Positions 58,521-64,000 of a stretch of DNA of 64,000 bases are shown one piece after another; the first letter of the stretch is position 1; the number at the start of each line of letters is the position of its first letter. This DNA comes from the human T2T-CHM13v2.0 reference genome, Homo sapiens: NCBI RefSeq assembly GCF_009914755.1, contig NC_060930.1; one strand, given 5' to 3'. A program made the position numbers and the translations under genes. Under the pieces are notes generated by a model. That model had not been told where the DNA came from and ran no database searches. It saw nothing but the letters and a program-made list of their open reading frames with translations.

Positions 58521-59099
58521 TATATGACTTACAAATAATTTTAAAGGCCCTCCATATAATATTATATACTTTCTCTTGATTCTGGGACACATTTGATTCT
58601 GATACACTTTTGAAAAGTCTATTCTGATACACTTTTGAAAGATGTAACCAAACAGCTCTTCAATTTACTGTGTTTTAATTGTTTACAGTCATAGCATCCT
58701 GCTTGGACCAGGGCAGTGGCATGAAGCCCAGCACAGGAAGTAACTTAGAGGAATTTCTTACTTTATAGTTGATAGATAAGACATATCAGTGACTCAGCTG
58801 TCTTTACTAATTAATTGAAAACTGATATAGCCAGAATACCTTTATAGTATTAATATTTGAAAATGAACACGTCTAAAAATGAACTATGACTACTGGAATT
58901 TTCTTAGATAAGGGATAGCGACAAGACAGAACTTATCAGTGAATTATAAAAGAAAAACTTATGAAATAGTTGACTTTATTTTTTTTTAAATAATCAACAG
59001 GGTGAGTCACATGTTGTGAAGATGCACACTGCTTCTCACTTTTTGCCACTAAAATAGGACAGGTTTTATCTCTGACTTGGAAATTCATGAAATTACTTT

Positions 59100-62000
59100 C
59101 CTATAAAACAACAGAAAAAATGATACAGAAATGTAGCTGAATGTATAGGCTACAGTTTGGCAGTAGTGCCCGTAGTGCAATTTTCAACAAAGAGTATTTA
59201 ACCACCACGAACAGCAGATAGTTCTTATTTGATGTTCAGAGAATAAAGAGGGAATGATATTCAGAGAAGTATGAAATAACTTTTTGAAAGTGATTGAAAA
59301 CATTGAAGAAGAATTCATAACTTCTGCAAATCCTACATGACATAAATTTTAAAAATAAAGAAACAAGGACAGCTTATAGTGAAACCACTGAAAACCCACT
59401 ACCATGAAAGAAACATAAATATGTCCAAAGAGAAAAGACAGATTATTTTAAAAGATCATTTAAAAAGAGTAGAAATTGGAAATCAGAATTCTCAGTAGTG
59501 TCAATAGAGGTCAGAAGAGAGAAGACGAATGCCTTCAATGTGCTGAGACAAAAATGACTAATTCTACATACGAGTAAACTTTTGATTATGGAGATGAGAA
59601 GAAAATTTCAAACAATAAAAAGTGATACTCTCAAGGGAATTTAATGCAAGTTAAATCGCTGGTAAATATGTGGGTATATCTAAAAATAACATGACTGCAT
59701 AAGGTGATAACGATGTGTAAGGTTAACATTAATCAAAAATAATAATAACACTAACATACTAAAAATATATGCATTCCAGATGATGAGACTTAAAGCATTC
59801 CAAGTTCCCCACATTGTTTAAACATGAAGATAAAGACTTTGGCTATTTTTAAAGTTTTAGTTAGCAAGCCTGCCCACATTTAGAGGGAAGTGACTAAAAG
59901 AATGGGCTTAAGGAATAATATAGTTTCCAAATGAGCCCCAATGGAATAAGCTAATGCTGCTGGAGAACCAGTAGAGATATAAGTGATACATACATTCCTG
60001 TGGTTTAATTACTGAATTTGGGGATTTTTATTATATATTATTATTGTAGCAAGTCCACACACATAATTAGATAAGAATAAAAGAATAAATAGGTCTGGCG
60101 TGGTGGCTCACGCCTATAATTCCAGCACTTTGGGAGGGCGAGGTGGGTAGATCACCTGATGTCGGGAGTTCGAGACCAGCCCAGCCAACATGGTGAAACC
60201 TCATTTCTACTAAAAATACAAAAATTAGCCGGTCGTGGTGATGCATGCCTGTAATCCTAGCTACTTGGAAGGCTGAGGCAGGAGAACCATTCGAACCCTG
60301 GAGGCAGAGGTTGCAGTGAGACAAAACTGCGCACCACTGCTCTCTAGCCTGGGCGACAAACTGAGACTCCATCTCAAAAAAAAAAAAAAAAAAAAAAAGG
60401 AATAAATAGACTGTATCTACTATAATAGTGGGAGATTTTCCCCTTTCTTTAGTAGATATAAATGAAACCAAAAAAGATGCAGAGGGGAGAAATATGAAAC
60501 AAATCTAATTATAATAAGCATTAAAAGGAGAAAAGAAAATTTAAAAATAAAATAGATTCCACTAATATTTTGTTAGAAATGTATCAAAATACAAGTAAAC
60601 ACAATAAATTTAAATGAGCTGAATTATCAATTAAAAAAGATTATGAATTGAAGAAAATTCCAGCTTTATGCTGTTTATAGGATATAACATGCATCTTAAA
60701 ACAAAAACATTAAAATGAAAATGAGGGAAAAAATAAACCTGGAAAACATTAAAGGAGAGAGGTAATAAATAAGTTAATATATAGAATATATTTCAATAAT
60801 AAATTATCAAAGAGTAACTATACAAATAAATAGATGATAAGTTGTAGATTGTAGAAGCTCATAAAAAACTAAAAGAAAAATCCAAATGATGGATTGGAAT
60901 GTTGTTCAGCTAATATTCAGCTGCTCCTCCTCTTCTTAAAACAGAGTAATTTTCCCACTCCATTTATGTGAAATAATTACTCTGCAAAAAAAAATGCCAG
61001 AATAAGCTCAAAGAATGAAGAAATATGATTAATGACCTAAAAACATTAAGTACTAAGATATGACACAAAACACATATACATAAGATTAAAAATCTAAAAT
61101 ATGGTTATTTTGTTATATTTGTCAAAATTAATACAAATTATACAAGCAAAACTATTATGAATAAATAGAGATTTAAAATAATATTATGAATAAATGTTTC
61201 TCTAAATTTTTTGGCAGACTGGTGGTTAAAAAATCTGAACGTTCATCTCATAAACCTAAGACAAAATAGAAATAAATTGATAAACTTAGAAAAAAGAAAT
61301 AAAGATAAAACTAGAAATCAATGGAATAGCAAGCAAATATACAATAAAGAAAATAGACAAAGCATAATTGGTTATTTGAAAAGACTATAAATTTGTAAAT
61401 ACACAGGAAGATTGTTAATAAAAAAAGAAAAAAATTACAAAATCAAGTATAAAATGGGTTCTAATGTATAATGACATATCTTACATATGTTGAAAATGTA
61501 ACAAAATTAGTTAAAATTTGTACTAATAAAATTGATAATGTAGATAAATTGGACAAGATTTTAAAGTCAAAACTTCCTAAAAACGGAGAAAAAAGAAGCA
61601 AAATTGAACATTCCATTACATGTTAAACATATTAAATTTATTATTAAAAGTATTTCCCACTTTAAAACCCACCAAAAAAACACAAACATAAAATATGTCA
61701 GGACAAGAAAGTAACAAATGAATTATTCCAGACATTAAATATTAATAGAAATAAAAACAGTTTTACACTAACTGCTCCAGAACACAGAAAAAAAGGAAAC
61801 ATATTTTCCAATTTTTTTTACACAAGCAAACTTTACTAAAAATGTGCAAGAATATATAGAAAAGGAAAATAACAGGTTAATGTCTCTAATAAATGTAAAC
61901 CCAAAATGCTACAAAATTATAAAAAATTTAATCTAGCAGGATAAAAAATGGTAATATGTCAAAACCAAATATTAGTTAATTTAGTACTGTAACCAATAAT
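59100..62000 (+). mobile_element. Highly decayed L1M ORF1/ORF2 remnant
   Basis: A-rich tracts with endonuclease-like CAGCTTTATGCTGTTTATAGGA and TGTAGATAAATTGGACAA motifs. Confidence 0.45.
60092..60398 (+). mobile_element. AluSx/Sq-like Alu
   Basis: Full dimer, A23 tail, TSD GAATAAATA. Confidence 0.9.
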
Positions 62001-62878
62001 ATCAAAATGAAAATAAGTAACATTCTTTATTCAGTTATAGCCTGTCACCATTTCATATACATTTTGATTAGTTTTTTTCTGAATATAGAAAGTTAATATG
62101 AATAATCTATTAAATAGTCTTCGAGAACTTCCCCAAAACCATATGATTTTTGAAAAATTCATATTAGTAGCATCTTATGTATATAAATGTAACCTAGGGA
62201 AGGTGAGCATGTCTGCTGATTTGGCAATTTTCATGTAGCTCTTACAGTAGTAATGCAGCAAACAAACCTAATTATTTCTAGCATTTCTCTTTTAAGGTGA
62301 AAGACAAATCTTCATAAATTTTTCATTGGTCTTTTGGGAAATCTCAATAATTATTTTACTTATGACATGTCCTGAGTATTTTTTTCCCAAATTTAGAGTT
62401 CAATCCTGTGTAGGTGTTTGTTTACAATAGAGTTGTGAGTGCTTGAGAAAGACTGGTTACATATTTGATCAAAATGATAATATAATAAACCATTCAAAAT
62501 AAATAGAGAAGATAACATGATTGTAACAAATCTTAGCTCTTTTCATGAATGTGAACCTTTTTTTTCCTATTTCTCAATTAGAAACACAATAATGTTCACA
62601 TAAAGCATAGGAAATTATTCCAGGAAGATACTGAACCTATGCTATCACTTTACACAGAGGCAAAGTTCAATCTTTCATAATATTGATGAGGGCACTCATC
62701 AGGAGACCAAGGAAGAAAGCCCATCAAAACTGAGCAAATTTTACATCATTTTACCATGATTTATAGTTTCTTGTCAGACCTAGGTATCATAAATTAAGAA
62801 AAGTGAAATTTACTTTCCAAATTTTATTTCGATGATACTCTCTCATATTCTGAAACATACTAACACATTATTTTGGAG

Positions 62879-63093
62879 CAGTAATTTTTAAAGCATAGTT
62901 GAGAGACCCTTGCAGGTCTCAAGGACCCTTTTAGAGAGTCGATGAAGAAAAAACAATTTTCATAATAAGGCAAAAATGTTACTTGCTTTCTTCATTTTTA
63001 TTCCCCCACAAGTGTACAGTGTATTTTTCCAGAGGCTACATGATGTGTGACATTACATCAGATTCCATGTGCAGCAGCAGATATAAAAATCCA
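62879..63093 (+). mobile_element. hAT-Charlie family element, 5' part (Charlie4-like)
   Basis: GACCCTT..AAAACAATTTTCATAATAA..GTGTACAGTG..TTTTCCAGAGGCTACATGATGTGTGA. Confidence 0.6.
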
Positions 63094-64000
63094 CATAAAC
63101 ACAATTTAAAAAAACCATATGATCATCTCAATAGAGGCAGAAAAACTTTTGATAAATCCAACATCCCTTCATGACAAAAACCCTCAACAAACTAGGCATT
63201 GAAGGAATGTACCTTAAAATAATCAGAGCCATCTGTGACAAACACACAACCAACTTGTACTGAACTGGAAAAAGCTGGAAACATTCCCCTTAAGAACTGA
63301 AACAAGACAAGGATGCCCACTCTCACCACTCCTATTCAACATGGCACTGGAAGATTTTAGCCAGAGCAATCAGTTAAGAGAAATAAATAAAAGGAATCTA
63401 AATAGGAAAATAAGTTAATTATCTATTTTCACTGATGATATGATTTTATACCTAAAGAAGCTTAAAGACTCCACCAGAAGGCTCTTGAAATGGATTAACA
63501 ACTTCAGAAAAGTTTCAGGATACAAAATCAATGTACAAAAATCAGTAGTGTTTCTGTACACCAATAACATTCAACCTAAGAGCCAAATCAATGATGGAAT
63601 CCCATTTACAATAACCAGAAAAATATAAAATACTTAAGAATATATCTAATCAAGGGGGTGAAAGATCTCTACAAGGAGAACTACAAAACATTGCTGAAAG
63701 AAATAATAGATGACAAAAACAAATGGGTAAACGTTCCATATTCAGACTAGAAGAATCAGTATCATTAAAATGGCCATATACCCCAAAGCAATCTACAGAT
63801 TCAACACTATTCTTATCAAACTACCAACATCATTTTTCACAGAAATAGAAAAAAAAACTATTCTAAAATTCATATGTAACCAAGAAAGAGTGTCAATAGC
63901 CAAAGCAATCCTAAGTAAACAGAACAAATCCAGAGGCATCACATACCCAACTCCAAACTATACTATAAGTTTACAGTAATCAAAGCAGCATGGTACTGTT
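63094..64000 (+). mobile_element. L1PB/late-L1PA ORF2 RT region, 5'-truncated, runs off the window
   Basis: ACAAGACAAGGATGCCCACTCTCACC (TRQGCPLSP); TTCACTGATGATATG (FTDDM); ORFs at 63440 and 63770 are ORF2p. Confidence 0.85.

Overview
This is AT-rich primate genomic DNA, almost certainly human because it carries an AluYa5 with all five diagnostic positions. It looks like deep intron or gene desert. I can support no cellular protein-coding exon, RNA gene or CRISPR array, and the supplied ORFs are Alu, L1, LTR, Tigger or low-complexity artefacts. Most of the window is nested transposable elements: several L1s, about 13 Alu copies or fragments, solo LTRs (MSTA, MSTD, MLT1C, MLT2, MER4, MER11, MER41B, an ERVL remnant), DNA transposons (Tigger1, Tigger3, MER1B, MADE1, a Charlie-type element), and L2/MIR. 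The standout structure is a full-length ancient L1MA8/9-type element (23759-38792). It still has a perfect 14-bp target-site duplication (TSD) and a monomer-like tandem 5'UTR, and it hosts two independent twin-primed (5'-inverted) L1PA insertions, a MER11 LTR and three Alus. The least expected pattern is a set of locally templated inverted duplications at about 10.8, 13.4-13.8, 16.6 and 53.3-54.0 kb. One copies part of a specific AluJ plus its unique flank back in inverted orientation between direct repeats. I found no convincing new gene system; what is novel here are footprints of mutation and repair processes. Subfamily names come from recalled consensus sequences and need RepeatMasker/Dfam confirmation.
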